Below are positions 48,813 to 59,697 of a DNA stretch of 64,000 nucleotides, one piece after another. Under the pieces are notes generated by a model. It worked only from the letters and a program-made list of their open reading frames with translations. It ran no database searches and was not told the origin of the DNA. This stretch comes from a virus. Position 1 is the stretch's first letter, and every line of letters starts with the position of its first letter. The DNA lies in IMG/VR virus record IMGVR_UViG_3300032116_000062, positions 38,381 through 102,380 of that record. One strand, 5' to 3'. The position numbers and the translations under genes are program-made.

Positions 48813-51683
48813 ATGGCTCAAATAATTAAACATAGGCGTGGTAGTTTAGAATCACTAACCAACGTAACAGCATCCCTATCAAAAGGTGAGATAGTAATAG
48901 CATCGGGATCATCGAATATATCACCTACAAACGGATCATCCATTGTATTTGCTGCAGTAGAAAACGGACAGGTACAGGCTATTAATCGTTTTATGAGAGG
49001 AACGACTGTTCCTAATACGTTTTCAAATGCTGCATATAATGGTTTAGTAAATGGAGTTCCATATTACGTTAGTGCATCGAATGTTACACCAACTTTATAT
49101 TTGTTGGGAACGGGTGCAAATGAGGCTATAGATTTGATTGGTAACATACAACCATTCTCCACATCGGTTGATAGTAGATTGGATTCATTAGAGGCTTCCA
49201 CGATAGGGAGTGTATCTCAATTAAATACATTTACCGCATCTGCTGCAATTAGATTAGCAAATTTAGAAAGTAAATCCGCATCGGTAGATATTTCTATAAC
49301 TAATTTAAATGCAAGTTCAGCATCGCAACAGACTAGTATAAATGCAATAAATGTTGTAACGGCAAGTTTATTAGTTGAAACCGCAAATTTAGAATTATTC
49401 ACAGCATCTGCAGCAACAAGACTTTCAAATTTAGAAACCAAATCTGCATCAGTAGATATTAGTGTATCTAATCTAAATAGTTATACTGCATCGGTAAGTG
49501 TTAGCGTATTTAATATAAATGCATTTACCGCATCAGCAAGTAGCAGTATATTTCATTTGAATGCCAGTTCCGCATCACAACAAACTAGCATTAATGCATT
49601 AAACAATAGTAGCGCTTCTTTAAATACTTTTACAGCATCCGCATCTACGAGATTAACAAATCTTGAATCGAAATCCGCATCGGTAGATATTAGTATTAGT
49701 AATATAAACTCATTTACTGCATCGACTGCGACAAGTATAACAAACTTAAACGCAAGTTCTGCATCCCAACAAACAAGTATTGATGCATTAAATACATATA
49801 CAGGCTCTAACAATACTACAAATACAGCACAAAATAATAGATTAACATCTTTAGAAAGTAGAACGGGATCATACGCAACAACAGGTTCTAATACATTCAA
49901 CGGAACACAGATTGTTAGTGGTTCGCTTTATGTTACTCAAGATTTAATTGTAATTGGTTCATCATCCATTTCAAATATAAGTGCAAGCGTACTTAACATT
50001 GGAGATAATCAAATTACACTAAACACATTTACACCTGCGATACGATTTGGTGGAATAAGTGTGATAGATTCTGGATCAACGGGAGCAACTGGATCATTGT
50101 ATTGGGATTCGGTTAATAATCATTGGTTATACGAACATCCATCCGGAGCAAATGAAGGATATAACTCCGCTATACTAATATCGGGCCCTAAAAATACTGG
50201 ATCATTAGGAAATGAAGCAACATTGGTGAGTGGTTCAATAATGATGGCAAGTGGTGAAGATCACGTATCGGGTTCAATAATGAGCCAGGCGGATAATAAT
50301 TCAAAAATTACCGTCGCTGGTGGATTAGATGTAACAGGTACAATTAGTGGTTCTATAAGTGGTATTGGTAATGTAACGGCATTCTCACAATCAGTAGATA
50401 GTAGATTAGATGCGGTTGAGTTATCAATAGGTGGTGGTTCAATAAGTAACGCCATTAGTGCATTAAATAATAGTACCGCTTCACTAAACTCATTTACTGC
50501 ATCTGCAAGTAGTAGACTTACAAATTTAGAAACGAAGTCTGCATCAGTTGATACGAGTATATCAAACTTAAATAGTTATACTGCATCCGCAAGTAGTAGT
50601 ATATTCAATATAAACGCATATACGACTTCGGTAAGTAGTAGTATATTCCACTTAAATGCAAGTTCAGCATCACAGCAGACAAGCATCAACGCACTAAACA
50701 ATAGTAGTGCTTCTTTAAATACCTTTACAGCATCGGCTACAACAAGACTTACAAATTTAGAAAGTAAATCTGCATCGGTTGATATCAATATAACTAATAT
50801 ACATAGCTTTACTGCATCAGTAAGTACAAGTATATTCAATATCAACACTTACACAACTTCTGTAAGTAGTAGTATATTCCATTTGAATGCAAGTACTGCA
50901 TCACAACAGACAAGTATAAATGCACTAAACGTTGCATCCGCATCATTAAATACTTTCACAGCATCAGCAACGACAAGACTTTCAAATTTAGAAACGAAGT
51001 CTGCATCAGTTGATATTAGTATATCGAACTTAAATAGTTACACTACATCGGTAAGTACGAGTATATTCCATTTAAACGCAAGTAGTGCATCGCAGCAGGC
51101 TAGTATAAATGCAATAAATACGATAACCGCAAGTTTATTAACCGAAACTACCAATTTAGAGTTATTTACAGCATCCGCAGCGGTAAGACTTACGAATTTA
51201 GAAAGTAAATCTTCATCTGTTGATAATAGTGTAGCCTCACTAAATTCGTATACATCATCTTTAAAAACGGCAATTGATGTAAATGGTGCAAATCTTATAG
51301 TATTAGGAGATTTGACAGTTCAGGGTAGTACAGTCACATTAAATACTACGGAACTTGTTGTAGAAGATAAATTGATTGTATTAGCATCCGGATCAACAAC
51401 GGCTGCAGCAGCAAATGGTTCAGGAATATTCATCTCCGGTGCAGCTGCATCATTTACATACGCAAACACTGCAAATGCTTGGACAGCAAATATACCATTT
51501 AGTAGTTCCGCATTTACCGGTTCGTTTAATTTACCAACGGGTGGTTCTAGTAAGAGAATTGCATTTAGAGAAACAAATGGTAATTTGGATTTAGTGATTG
51601 CACCGACAGTGGATGGTGATTTCTTACAATGGAACGGAACCGCATTTACTATGAGTAATGTGATAGATGGTGGTTCTTTCTAA
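48813..51683 (+). CDS. Fibre protein with Mtd-N-like start and Ser/Thr-rich coiled-coil repeats
   Basis: IKHRRG...GEI N-terminus; LNTFTASA/LESKSASVD heptad cassettes; ends VIDGGSF. Confidence 0.8.
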   Translation: MAQIIKHRRGSLESLTNVTASLSKGEIVIASGSSNISPTNGSSIVFAAVENGQVQAINRFMRGTTVPNTFSNAAYNGLVNGVPYYVSASNVTPTLYLLGTGANEAIDLIGNIQPFSTSVDSRLDSLEASTIGSVSQLNTFTASAAIRLANLESKSASVDISITNLNASSASQQTSINAINVVTASLLVETANLELFTASAATRLSNLETKSASVDISVSNLNSYTASVSVSVFNINAFTASASSSIFHLNASSASQQTSINALNNSSASLNTFTASASTRLTNLESKSASVDISISNINSFTASTATSITNLNASSASQQTSIDALNTYTGSNNTTNTAQNNRLTSLESRTGSYATTGSNTFNGTQIVSGSLYVTQDLIVIGSSSISNISASVLNIGDNQITLNTFTPAIRFGGISVIDSGSTGATGSLYWDSVNNHWLYEHPSGANEGYNSAILISGPKNTGSLGNEATLVSGSIMMASGEDHVSGSIMSQADNNSKITVAGGLDVTGTISGSISGIGNVTAFSQSVDSRLDAVELSIGGGSISNAISALNNSTASLNSFTASASSRLTNLETKSASVDTSISNLNSYTASASSSIFNINAYTTSVSSSIFHLNASSASQQTSINALNNSSASLNTFTASATTRLTNLESKSASVDINITNIHSFTASVSTSIFNINTYTTSVSSSIFHLNASTASQQTSINALNVASASLNTFTASATTRLSNLETKSASVDISISNLNSYTTSVSTSIFHLNASSASQQASINAINTITASLLTETTNLELFTASAAVRLTNLESKSSSVDNSVASLNSYTSSLKTAIDVNGANLIVLGDLTVQGSTVTLNTTELVVEDKLIVLASGSTTAAAANGSGIFISGAAASFTYANTANAWTANIPFSSSAFTGSFNLPTGGSSKRIAFRETNGNLDLVIAPTVDGDFLQWNGTAFTMSNVIDGGSF
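49220..51260 (+). repeat. Coding 21/42-nt cassette repeats (two blocks)
   Basis: Recurrent AATTTAGAAAGTAAATC.GCATC and AATGCAAGTTC.GCATC units. Confidence 0.85.
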
Positions 51684-51703
51684 CCATTATAAATTATAAA
51701 AAT

Positions 51704-51731
51704 AAAAACCCTTCAATCGAAGGGTTTTTTT
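51704..51731 (+). terminator. Rho-independent terminator, possibly bidirectional
   Basis: AAAAACCCTTC-AATC-GAAGGGTTTTTTT. Confidence 0.9.
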
Positions 51732-51812
51732 ATTTAAATAAATAATATTTATTCAAGTAGTATATACTACATTTTTGTTGTTATATAACATTTTTAAGTA
51801 GATACCATAGAT

Positions 51813-54800
51813 ATGGCCCAAACAATTGTATTAAGACGTTCTGCGCAAACTGGAAAAGTACCAGGAACATCATCTCTAAATTTAGGAGAAATTGCCGTAA
51901 ATACCTACGATGGTAGAGTATTTTTTAAGAAATCGGGCTCAATCGAATCTATTGAACATTTAGTAACAACAAATTCAACCACAACCGGATCAATTACGTT
52001 GACAAAAACAGGATCCTTTGGTGAGTTGGTAGTAATACAAGATGCAAACTTCCAAAGAGATATATTTGTTACCAGAGATATAGTTGGTAATGGTGATATT
52101 GATGTTTTGGGGTCATTAACGGCATCTTTAAGTAACGGATATATTTGGGTCGGTAATAGTTCTAATAAAACACAACTATTAGCAACCGCATCTTTAGTAC
52201 CGGGAAATATATACATAACATCTTCCGTAAACGCACCGTCCACTACATACGATAATATGATATGGTATGATAGCGATACAGGAAAATCATACATAAGATA
52301 TAATGATGGTACATCAACACAATGGGTATTACAGTCTGATCCAACAATAAATACGGGTCCCACATTATTAACTTTACAAGAAGTAACGGATATTGGATAT
52401 ACAACCGATAATCCAATTATAATAACAAACACTACAAACGCAACATCATCTGGATCAGGTGCATTGATTACAAGTGGTGGGGTTGGTGTTTTGGGTGATG
52501 TATGGGCCAGAAAATTTTATGGAGATGGAAGTGGACTGACCGGAGTGGTTGCAAGTTATACTGAAACCGATACATTGGATTCGGTTTTAGGTAGGGGAAA
52601 TACTTCAGCAAACTCAATAGTATTGACGGGCACTACCAATGCAACATCTAAAGTTACAGGCGTAATTAGAGTTGCGGGAGGCATTGGTGTATCGAAAGAT
52701 ATTTACGCAGATAATTTGGTATTGAGTGGTACATTGACGGCATCACTACAAACGGGATATGCGCTTGTAGGAAATTCTAATGGTACTGCTAGTGCGGTTG
52801 CAACATCATCTTTTTCCACATTACTACCAGCTGGTCTGTTATCATCATCGAATAATACATTTGCAGCATATACAGCATCAACGAATACATTTACAGCATC
52901 TGCAAATATAAGACTTACAAATTTAGAAACGAAGTCTGCATCAGTTGATATCAGTATATCTAATTTGAATTCATACACCGCATCAGCAAGCAGTAGTATT
53001 TTCCACTTAAATGCAAGTTCAGCATCGCAACAGACTAGTATAAATGCAATAAACACTACAACGGCAAGTTTATTGGTTGAAACTGCAAATTTAGAATTAT
53101 TTACCGCATCGGCAAGCAGTAGTATTTTTCATTTGAACGCAAGTTCAGCATCGCAGCAGACTAGCATAAACGGATTAAATAATTCATCGGCATCATTAAA
53201 TACTTTTACATCATCCGCAGCAGTAAGACTTACAAATTTAGAAACAAAGTCTGCATCGGTTGATATTAGTATAGCAAACATACATACATTTACTGCATCG
53301 GTTAGTACAAGTATATTCAATATCAACACATATACCGCTTCAGTAAGTAGCAGTTTATTTAATCATAATGCAAGTTCAGCATCACAACAAACGAGCATCA
53401 ATGCATTAAATAATAGTACTGCTTCATTAAATACTTTTACATCATCCGCAGCAGTAAGACTTACAAATTTAGAAACAAAGTCTGCATCGGTTGATACAAG
53501 TGTTTCTAATTTGAATTCATTTACATCATCGGTAAATACCGCAGTGATTTTTAATGGTTCTGATTTAATTGTAAGAGGAAACTTTTATGTTAGTGGTTCT
53601 ACAACGTATATAAGTTCATCTACATTGAATATTGGTGATAATATAATAGAACTAAATTATGGTGGTACACAAACTATTGCAGGTATATATGTTAGAGATG
53701 CAACCGCATCATCTTTAGTATCTGGATCATTGTTATGGGATGCAACGAATGATAACTGGATAGCAGGAAGATCAGGATCGGAAAGTCGTATTTTGTTGGC
53801 AAATGCAAATAATGTATTGTCTAGTTCTATTAGTTTTAATACATACACTGCATCAGTTGATAGTAGTATAACAAACTTAAATGCAAGTTCAGCATCGCAG
53901 CAGACAAGCATAAACGCTATTAATGTTGCAACTGCATCCTTACAGATAACGACCGCATCTCTTAATACTTTCACTGCATCTGCATCTACAAGATTAACAA
54001 ATTTAGAAAGTAAATCTGCATCAGTTGATATTAGCATTGCCGCATTAAATTCGGTAAGCGCATCTCTAAATTCAAAAACTGGATCATACGCAACAACGGG
54101 ATCAAATATATTTGTAGCAAATCAAATAATATCAGGAAATTTAGATTTATCTGGATCATTTACATCATCCTTATTAAAAGGATACGTTTGGGTAGGTGAT
54201 GGTAATAATAGAACAACTTTAACAGCAACTTCATCTTTTGGTGGAGGTGCGGCTACATATGAAAATACATTTGATTTTAATTTAGATCCATCCGTTGGTA
54301 TAATAGGATTTGTACAAAGTGAAAATTTATTAAACCAAGTTTCGGTAAATAATAATAGTATTATATTCTCAAGCGCAGGTGGTAATTTTGGAACATTCAC
54401 AACTGGATCCAGTTATATATCATCTTCATTTACGGCATCCCTACAACAAGGATATGTTTGGGTAGGTGATGGGGCTGGAAAATCAATCGCATTTTCAACA
54501 TCATCTTTAGTATCGGGTGGACCATCTTTCGGTACTATTGCAGTTTCCGGTCAAAGTGATGTTATAGCTGATGTGGCAAATGATACATTAACTTTAGTTG
54601 CCGGAACAAACGTATCGATAACAACAAATGCGGCAGGAGATAGTATAACAATAAACTCAACAGGCGGATCAGGAGATACATCTGCACTTAATGCTAGTAC
54701 GGCATCTTTAAATACATTTACAGCATCTGCAGCAATAAGACTTACAAATTTAGAAAGTAAATCCGCAAGTGTTGATACAAGCATATCCAATTTAAATACC

Positions 54801-56453
54801 TATACAGCATCGGCGAGTAGTAGTATATTTAATTTAAATACCTACACCACATCTGTAAGTAGTAGTATCTTCCACTTAAATGCAAGTTCAGCATCGCAGC
54901 AGATTAGTATAAATGCAATCAATACCGCAACTGCAAGTTTGCAAACAGAAACTGCAAATTTAGAAACATTTACGGCATCCGCAGCAATAAGACTTACAAA
55001 TTTAGAAAGTAAATCCGCTTCCGTAGATATTAGTATATCCAATTTAAACACTTACACCGCATCGGCAAGTAGTAGCATATTTAACTTAAATACATACACA
55101 ACTTCTGTAAGTAGTAGTATCTTCCATCTTAATGCAAGTTCAGCATCGCAGCAGACTAGTATCAATGGATTAAATAATAGTACAGGATCTTTAAACACAT
55201 TTACCGCATCAACCGTAACACGTCTTACTAATTTAGAAAGTAAATCGGCAAGTGTTGATATTAATATAACAAACATACATACATTTACTGCATCGGTTAG
55301 TACAAGTATATTCAATATAAACGCATATACAACTTCGATAAGTAGTAGTATCTTTCATTTGAATGCAAGTTCGGCATCACAGCAAACGAGCATCAATGCA
55401 ATCAATACCGCAACTGCAAGTTTGCAAACAGAAACTGCAAATTTAGAAACATTTACAGCATCTGCTGCAATAAGACTTACAAATTTAGAAAGTAAATCAT
55501 CATCGGTTGATGCAAGTATTAGTTCAATAAATTCAAAAACTGGATCATACGCAACAACGGGATCAAATACTTTCGTTGCATTACAAACTATATCAGGTTC
55601 ATTGGATGTTTCACAATCAATAAGTTCATCACTTCCACAAGGATATGTTCTTGTTGGAAATGGTTTAAATAGAACGGTTGTCGTTGCAACTTCATCTTTT
55701 GGTGGAGGACAGACTACAGATATAAGTGCATTGAATGCAAGTACGGCATCGTTAAATACATTTACAGCATCGGCAGCAATAAGACTTACAAATTTAGAAA
55801 CCACAACTGCAAGTTTATTAATAGATGTTTTAAATCTTGAATCCAAATCGGCAAGCGTTGATGTTAATATCGTTAATATACACTCATTTACAACATCTGC
55901 ACACACCAGATTTAATCTATTGGAAATAGATTCTGCAAGTACTGATGTTTCTATATCAAGATTAAATAATAGTACGGCATCCTTAAATACGTTTACAGCA
56001 TCAGCATCGGGTAGATTAAATAGTTTGGAATTATTTAGTTCATCTGTTGATAGTAAGTTTGCAACAATCGGAACGCAATCTGGTTCATGGGGTGGATCTA
56101 GTGGTGGTTCTAATCCAAATAACTACATAAAAGGAATATCAATATACGATCCAACAAATGCAGAAGATGTGACAATGATGTATACATCACAGAGTTTGTC
56201 GGTACAAGCGGTACAAGCGGTATTGAGGGGAAGTGCCGGTCAATCTACTACAATCACTTTAAGATATGATTCATTAAGAAACGCAGCCGGTACGGCAATA
56301 GTATCAGCACAGGCAGTAACAACAACCGGAAGTGCTGCAACTGTCACTCTAACAGCAAACACATCAGTACCTGCAAATAACTTTATATGGTTAGAAACAA
56401 CCGCAATTGCCGGAACTGTCAACGAACTATATGTACAATTTGAATACGCATAA
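51813..56453 (+). CDS. Long fibre protein with Mtd-N-like start and the same coiled-coil cassettes
   Basis: IVLRRS...LNLGEIAVNTYDG; IWYDSDTG motif; GYVWVG repeats; heptad cassettes. Confidence 0.8.
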   Translation: MAQTIVLRRSAQTGKVPGTSSLNLGEIAVNTYDGRVFFKKSGSIESIEHLVTTNSTTTGSITLTKTGSFGELVVIQDANFQRDIFVTRDIVGNGDIDVLGSLTASLSNGYIWVGNSSNKTQLLATASLVPGNIYITSSVNAPSTTYDNMIWYDSDTGKSYIRYNDGTSTQWVLQSDPTINTGPTLLTLQEVTDIGYTTDNPIIITNTTNATSSGSGALITSGGVGVLGDVWARKFYGDGSGLTGVVASYTETDTLDSVLGRGNTSANSIVLTGTTNATSKVTGVIRVAGGIGVSKDIYADNLVLSGTLTASLQTGYALVGNSNGTASAVATSSFSTLLPAGLLSSSNNTFAAYTASTNTFTASANIRLTNLETKSASVDISISNLNSYTASASSSIFHLNASSASQQTSINAINTTTASLLVETANLELFTASASSSIFHLNASSASQQTSINGLNNSSASLNTFTSSAAVRLTNLETKSASVDISIANIHTFTASVSTSIFNINTYTASVSSSLFNHNASSASQQTSINALNNSTASLNTFTSSAAVRLTNLETKSASVDTSVSNLNSFTSSVNTAVIFNGSDLIVRGNFYVSGSTTYISSSTLNIGDNIIELNYGGTQTIAGIYVRDATASSLVSGSLLWDATNDNWIAGRSGSESRILLANANNVLSSSISFNTYTASVDSSITNLNASSASQQTSINAINVATASLQITTASLNTFTASASTRLTNLESKSASVDISIAALNSVSASLNSKTGSYATTGSNIFVANQIISGNLDLSGSFTSSLLKGYVWVGDGNNRTTLTATSSFGGGAATYENTFDFNLDPSVGIIGFVQSENLLNQVSVNNNSIIFSSAGGNFGTFTTGSSYISSSFTASLQQGYVWVGDGAGKSIAFSTSSLVSGGPSFGTIAVSGQSDVIADVANDTLTLVAGTNVSITTNAAGDSITINSTGGSGDTSALNASTASLNTFTASAAIRLTNLESKSASVDTSISNLNTYTASASSSIFNLNTYTTSVSSSIFHLNASSASQQISINAINTATASLQTETANLETFTASAAIRLTNLESKSASVDISISNLNTYTASASSSIFNLNTYTTSVSSSIFHLNASSASQQTSINGLNNSTGSLNTFTASTVTRLTNLESKSASVDINITNIHTFTASVSTSIFNINAYTTSISSSIFHLNASSASQQTSINAINTATASLQTETANLETFTASAAIRLTNLESKSSSVDASISSINSKTGSYATTGSNTFVALQTISGSLDVSQSISSSLPQGYVLVGNGLNRTVVVATSSFGGGQTTDISALNASTASLNTFTASAAIRLTNLETTTASLLIDVLNLESKSASVDVNIVNIHSFTTSAHTRFNLLEIDSASTDVSISRLNNSTASLNTFTASASGRLNSLELFSSSVDSKFATIGTQSGSWGGSSGGSNPNNYIKGISIYDPTNAEDVTMMYTSQSLSVQAVQAVLRGSAGQSTTITLRYDSLRNAAGTAIVSAQAVTTTGSAATVTLTANTSVPANNFIWLETTAIAGTVNELYVQFEYA
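52860..56060 (+). repeat. Coding heptad cassette repeats (several blocks)
   Basis: For example, identical 73-nt copies at 53193-53265 and 53424-53496. Confidence 0.85.
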
Positions 56454-56464
56454 ACATAGTTAAT

Positions 56465-56797
56465 ATGAATGGAGCAAATCAAGATGAAGTAATTTATTGG
56501 ATTGACCCAACAAACGGAGATATATGGGAAAGAACGGGAGGGTGTTCACAATGCGGAGATTGTTGTGAAGAAGAGGGTAATGGATTTTCTGTAATCGACG
56601 GAAACGGCCAACCAAATCCTGTTGAAAAGGTAGTAGAAGGTAAGTGTGCATATTTTAGATGGGAGAATGATGGAAAATGTTCTTGTGCCGGTATGAATAC
56701 AAGATATTATCAAAATGGTTGTAGATTTATTCCAACTAAACCAAATCATATTGTTGATTGGCCAAATTGTACATATGTTTTTACGAAAATTAATTAG
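56465..56797 (+). CDS. CxxCxxCC cysteine-cluster protein (YkgJ-like)
   Basis: CSQCGDCC...CAY...C...CRFIP. Confidence 0.7.
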   Translation: MNGANQDEVIYWIDPTNGDIWERTGGCSQCGDCCEEEGNGFSVIDGNGQPNPVEKVVEGKCAYFRWENDGKCSCAGMNTRYYQNGCRFIPTKPNHIVDWPNCTYVFTKIN

Positions 56798-56799
56798 TT

Positions 56800-57492
56800 A
56801 TGGCGATAAAGACATGGACTTTAAGACAGATAAATGTGGGAGGTACTGATCCGAATAGATTATGGTGGGATGAAGCAGCAGGTGCTGCAGAAGCCGCATC
56901 ATCGACGGGATGGGAAGTTGGTAATAACGCAGCGGGTAACTATGCAAGTTTACAGCAAGGACTTGAAGTTCCCAGAGGAACCTTTGCGGCAACAATATTG
57001 CCAAATACAACTGCACCCAATGTCGATAACTCATATGCTGCTACTGCCATATATACACCCCCGACGTTGTTAAATTCGACAGACTCTATTTCTACACTAT
57101 ATGAATATAACGGAGTATTTCCAGCTGGTACTTGGACATTTAATTTTCCTGTAAGAGCGGTCAGTTCAGGCGGTGTACAAGATGGAAGAATAAGCATGCG
57201 TGTTTTCAAAGGTTTAAGAAGTGGCAATACATGGGCATCTGTTACAGAATTAACAACCGCCAGATTACAAGGGACCATCGTAACAAATTTAGCAACAACG
57301 GCAACACAAACATCAACGGTATCATGGGTGGCACCTGCATTTAACTTAAATAATGAATTCCTAATATGTAAGTTAGCATGGGAAATTACAGGAGCAGGTG
57401 GAGCAAATACGAGAGATGTGAATTTAAGATGGGGTACTACCGCAACTATGGTATCACCGAATTTTAAAAAACAAAGACATATTATTTCTTAA
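56800..57492 (+). CDS. Virion beta-rich hypothetical protein
   Basis: Ala/Thr/Gly-rich, PAGTWTF; within fibre cluster. Confidence 0.6.
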   Translation: MAIKTWTLRQINVGGTDPNRLWWDEAAGAAEAASSTGWEVGNNAAGNYASLQQGLEVPRGTFAATILPNTTAPNVDNSYAATAIYTPPTLLNSTDSISTLYEYNGVFPAGTWTFNFPVRAVSSGGVQDGRISMRVFKGLRSGNTWASVTELTTARLQGTIVTNLATTATQTSTVSWVAPAFNLNNEFLICKLAWEITGAGGANTRDVNLRWGTTATMVSPNFKKQRHIIS

Positions 57493-57496
57493 TTTA

Positions 57497-57504
57497 TATT
57501 TATA
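57497..57504 (+). promoter_or_regulatory. Putative late promoter TATTTATA
   Basis: In 15-nt gap, 3 nt before ATG 57508. Confidence 0.55.
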
Positions 57505-57507
57505 GAT

Positions 57508-58470
57508 ATGGCATTAAACTTTCCGACATCTCCGACAAATCTACAGCAATATACAGATAATAATGGTATTGTGTGGGAATATTTGTCTACAAAGGGAGTT
57601 TGGAATAAAAAAAGTGATGTAAACATAAAAGAATTTTCAGGAGCAAAATTATCCCTATCTTCAAATTTAGGATTGGTATCAACCACAACCCAACTTGCAT
57701 TTGATGTAACCGATTTTGATACAGAGTCTTACACAAATATCGTTACAAATCCTTCACGATTAACAATATCAGTAAATGGATTTTATAGAGTAAGTGCACT
57801 ATTCGAAACCGGCCCATTGGGTGCAGGTTCGACCTATAATATTGTAATAAAAAAGAATGGTTCAATAGAACTTGCGAATACAACTGCATCACCAAATCAA
57901 TTTATATCTTATGATGAAGTACTTCAATTGGTATCTGGTGATTATATAGAATGTTATGTACATGAAGATGATGGTATAGGAACATTATTGACAACTACTT
58001 TTTTTGAAATTTATAGGGTAGGGTACTCTATAGGTTCATCTTTCTTACCATTGGACTCTTTTAGTGGGGTGAAGTTAACATTGACCGCAGATGAAAGTAT
58101 GACATCAACACCAACAGCAATCAGTTGGGATGCATCCGATTATAACATAAACGCGGATATAAATGGGAATGTTTATTGGTCAGTAGGGACCCCTGGAAAA
58201 ATTTCGATATATACAAATGGATATTATAGATTTAAATCTTCATTTGTAGCAAATACAGTTGGTGGTGCAAATTCATACAACATTAGTATAAAAGCAACAG
58301 GAAGTACAACTATAGAAAGTGCATCGTTCGGTGCATTAGAAAATATAGAATTGGATGAAACGTATTACTTTCAATCAGGAACATATTTAGAAGCATATGC
58401 AAGTAATACGGGGAGTGTTGGAAAAATAACAACAGATAGTTATTTACAATTAATAAGAATAGGAGTATAA
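57508..58470 (+). CDS. Virion protein with MALNFPTSP anchor and two tandem C1q/TNF-like domains
   Basis: Duplicated FSGxKL...NGxYR...GxYxExY units. Confidence 0.6.
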   Translation: MALNFPTSPTNLQQYTDNNGIVWEYLSTKGVWNKKSDVNIKEFSGAKLSLSSNLGLVSTTTQLAFDVTDFDTESYTNIVTNPSRLTISVNGFYRVSALFETGPLGAGSTYNIVIKKNGSIELANTTASPNQFISYDEVLQLVSGDYIECYVHEDDGIGTLLTTTFFEIYRVGYSIGSSFLPLDSFSGVKLTLTADESMTSTPTAISWDASDYNINADINGNVYWSVGTPGKISIYTNGYYRFKSSFVANTVGGANSYNISIKATGSTTIESASFGALENIELDETYYFQSGTYLEAYASNTGSVGKITTDSYLQLIRIGV

Positions 58471-58481
58471 AATATAAAATT

Positions 58482-58847
58482 ATGGCATTTATAAAATCAA
58501 CAAGTATAGTAACAGATACCGCAATAACGGTTGCCGGATTATCGGGAGGTACGGATGGTAGGGTAGTTAGGATAAACGGAATAAATACCGCAACAAATGC
58601 GAGTAGCTCTGATACAACAACGGAACTTAATGCAGTTTTGTTCAAACAAAATGGAGTTTATTATGCAAGTGGTGTGATAAGTGGATTGACATCTTTATCA
58701 GCGGGAGCTCCGTATTTTTTAACCACGGCTGGAAACATTACATCCACACCACCAACACCAACAACCACAACACGTTGTTTGTATTTGGGGTTTGCATTGA
58801 ATACAACCGATTTATTATTTAGACCAGGAATACCAATATCAGGATAA
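58482..58847 (+). CDS. Small virion protein (decoration-like)
   Basis: GLTSLSAGAPYFLTTAG...LGFALNTTDL. Confidence 0.6.
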   Translation: MAFIKSTSIVTDTAITVAGLSGGTDGRVVRINGINTATNASSSDTTTELNAVLFKQNGVYYASGVISGLTSLSAGAPYFLTTAGNITSTPPTPTTTTRCLYLGFALNTTDLLFRPGIPISG

Positions 58848-58848
58848 T

Positions 58849-59532
58849 ATGAAAGTATATAATTGGGATTTGGCGGGATTTGAAAATGCATATAATAAGT
58901 ACTATTACATGCCACATTTAAATGAGTGTGATTCCGATGGAATCGATGGTGAAGGACATTTTCATGCAACATTGGGAGAATGTGGACGGGCATCTTGTGT
59001 ATGTGCATTTGAGGATGAACATATTACATATTCAAGATTATTTTTTGAAGGAGATTCTATTTTTAAAACCCGTGCAGATAATGTAGTTAATATTTTAAAC
59101 ATTCCAAATGGTAGTAAAATATTGGTAGTTGGGTGTGCTTTTGGTTATTTAATGGAAGAGTTAGCAAATAAACGAATGAATGTTTGGGGATGTGATACAT
59201 CCGATTATATCCATTTAAACACAGATACTGAAGCAACATATCCAATACATAATGTGGATGTAACATCTGCAAATTTTTTAAATGAGATAAGAGAACAAAC
59301 CGGAATACAATATTTTGATTATATAATCACAGAAGATGTACTGACATCCTACGATGAGTATACTACTATATTTTCTAATATAGAATCTATTTTGAATCCT
59401 AATAAATCTTTAAAAAATATCATACATATAGTTGATACAAAGTGTGGTTTGCCATTTATCGGCAAATCATTAAATGAGTGGAATCTTATAAACGATTCCT
59501 ATACTTGGCTAGATGGTGATGCTAAATTATAA
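58849..59532 (+). CDS. Class I SAM-dependent methyltransferase-like protein
   Basis: ILVVGCAFGYL, WGCDTS, FDYIITEDVL. Confidence 0.65.
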   Translation: MKVYNWDLAGFENAYNKYYYMPHLNECDSDGIDGEGHFHATLGECGRASCVCAFEDEHITYSRLFFEGDSIFKTRADNVVNILNIPNGSKILVVGCAFGYLMEELANKRMNVWGCDTSDYIHLNTDTEATYPIHNVDVTSANFLNEIREQTGIQYFDYIITEDVLTSYDEYTTIFSNIESILNPNKSLKNIIHIVDTKCGLPFIGKSLNEWNLINDSYTWLDGDAKL

Positions 59533-59535
59533 AAT

Positions 59536-59697
59536 ATGTGTCCAATTTGTATATTATCAACTATTTTTTATTTTTTAATTTGGATAGTTGGATTGTTCGG
59601 ATTTAAAAGATTTGTAAAATGGGCAAAATTTAAATATTATAATTGGTCCAAATGCAAGTGCGAAAAATGTAAAAAAAGAGAAATAAATGGCTATTAG
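59536..59697 (+). CDS. Small membrane protein (53 aa) with Cys motifs, missing from ORF track
   Basis: MCPIC, hydrophobic helix, CKCEKC; fills the gap and overlaps next start. Confidence 0.55.
   Translation: MCPICILSTIFYFLIWIVGLFGFKRFVKWAKFKYYNWSKCKCEKCKKREINGY

Noticed and set aside
49220-56060. Repeat arrays as CRISPR
   Set aside because: In-frame, degenerate at third codon positions, no unique spacers, no cas genes
56200-56222. Short tandem repeat CGGTACAAG
   Set aside because: Only encodes VQAVQAV; no evidence of a separate function
48813-56453. N-x-S/T sequons (NAS, NNS) as N-glycosylation sites
   Set aside because: Largely a by-product of the cassette repeats; no oligosaccharyltransferase seen, and they do not explain the capsid and neck pattern
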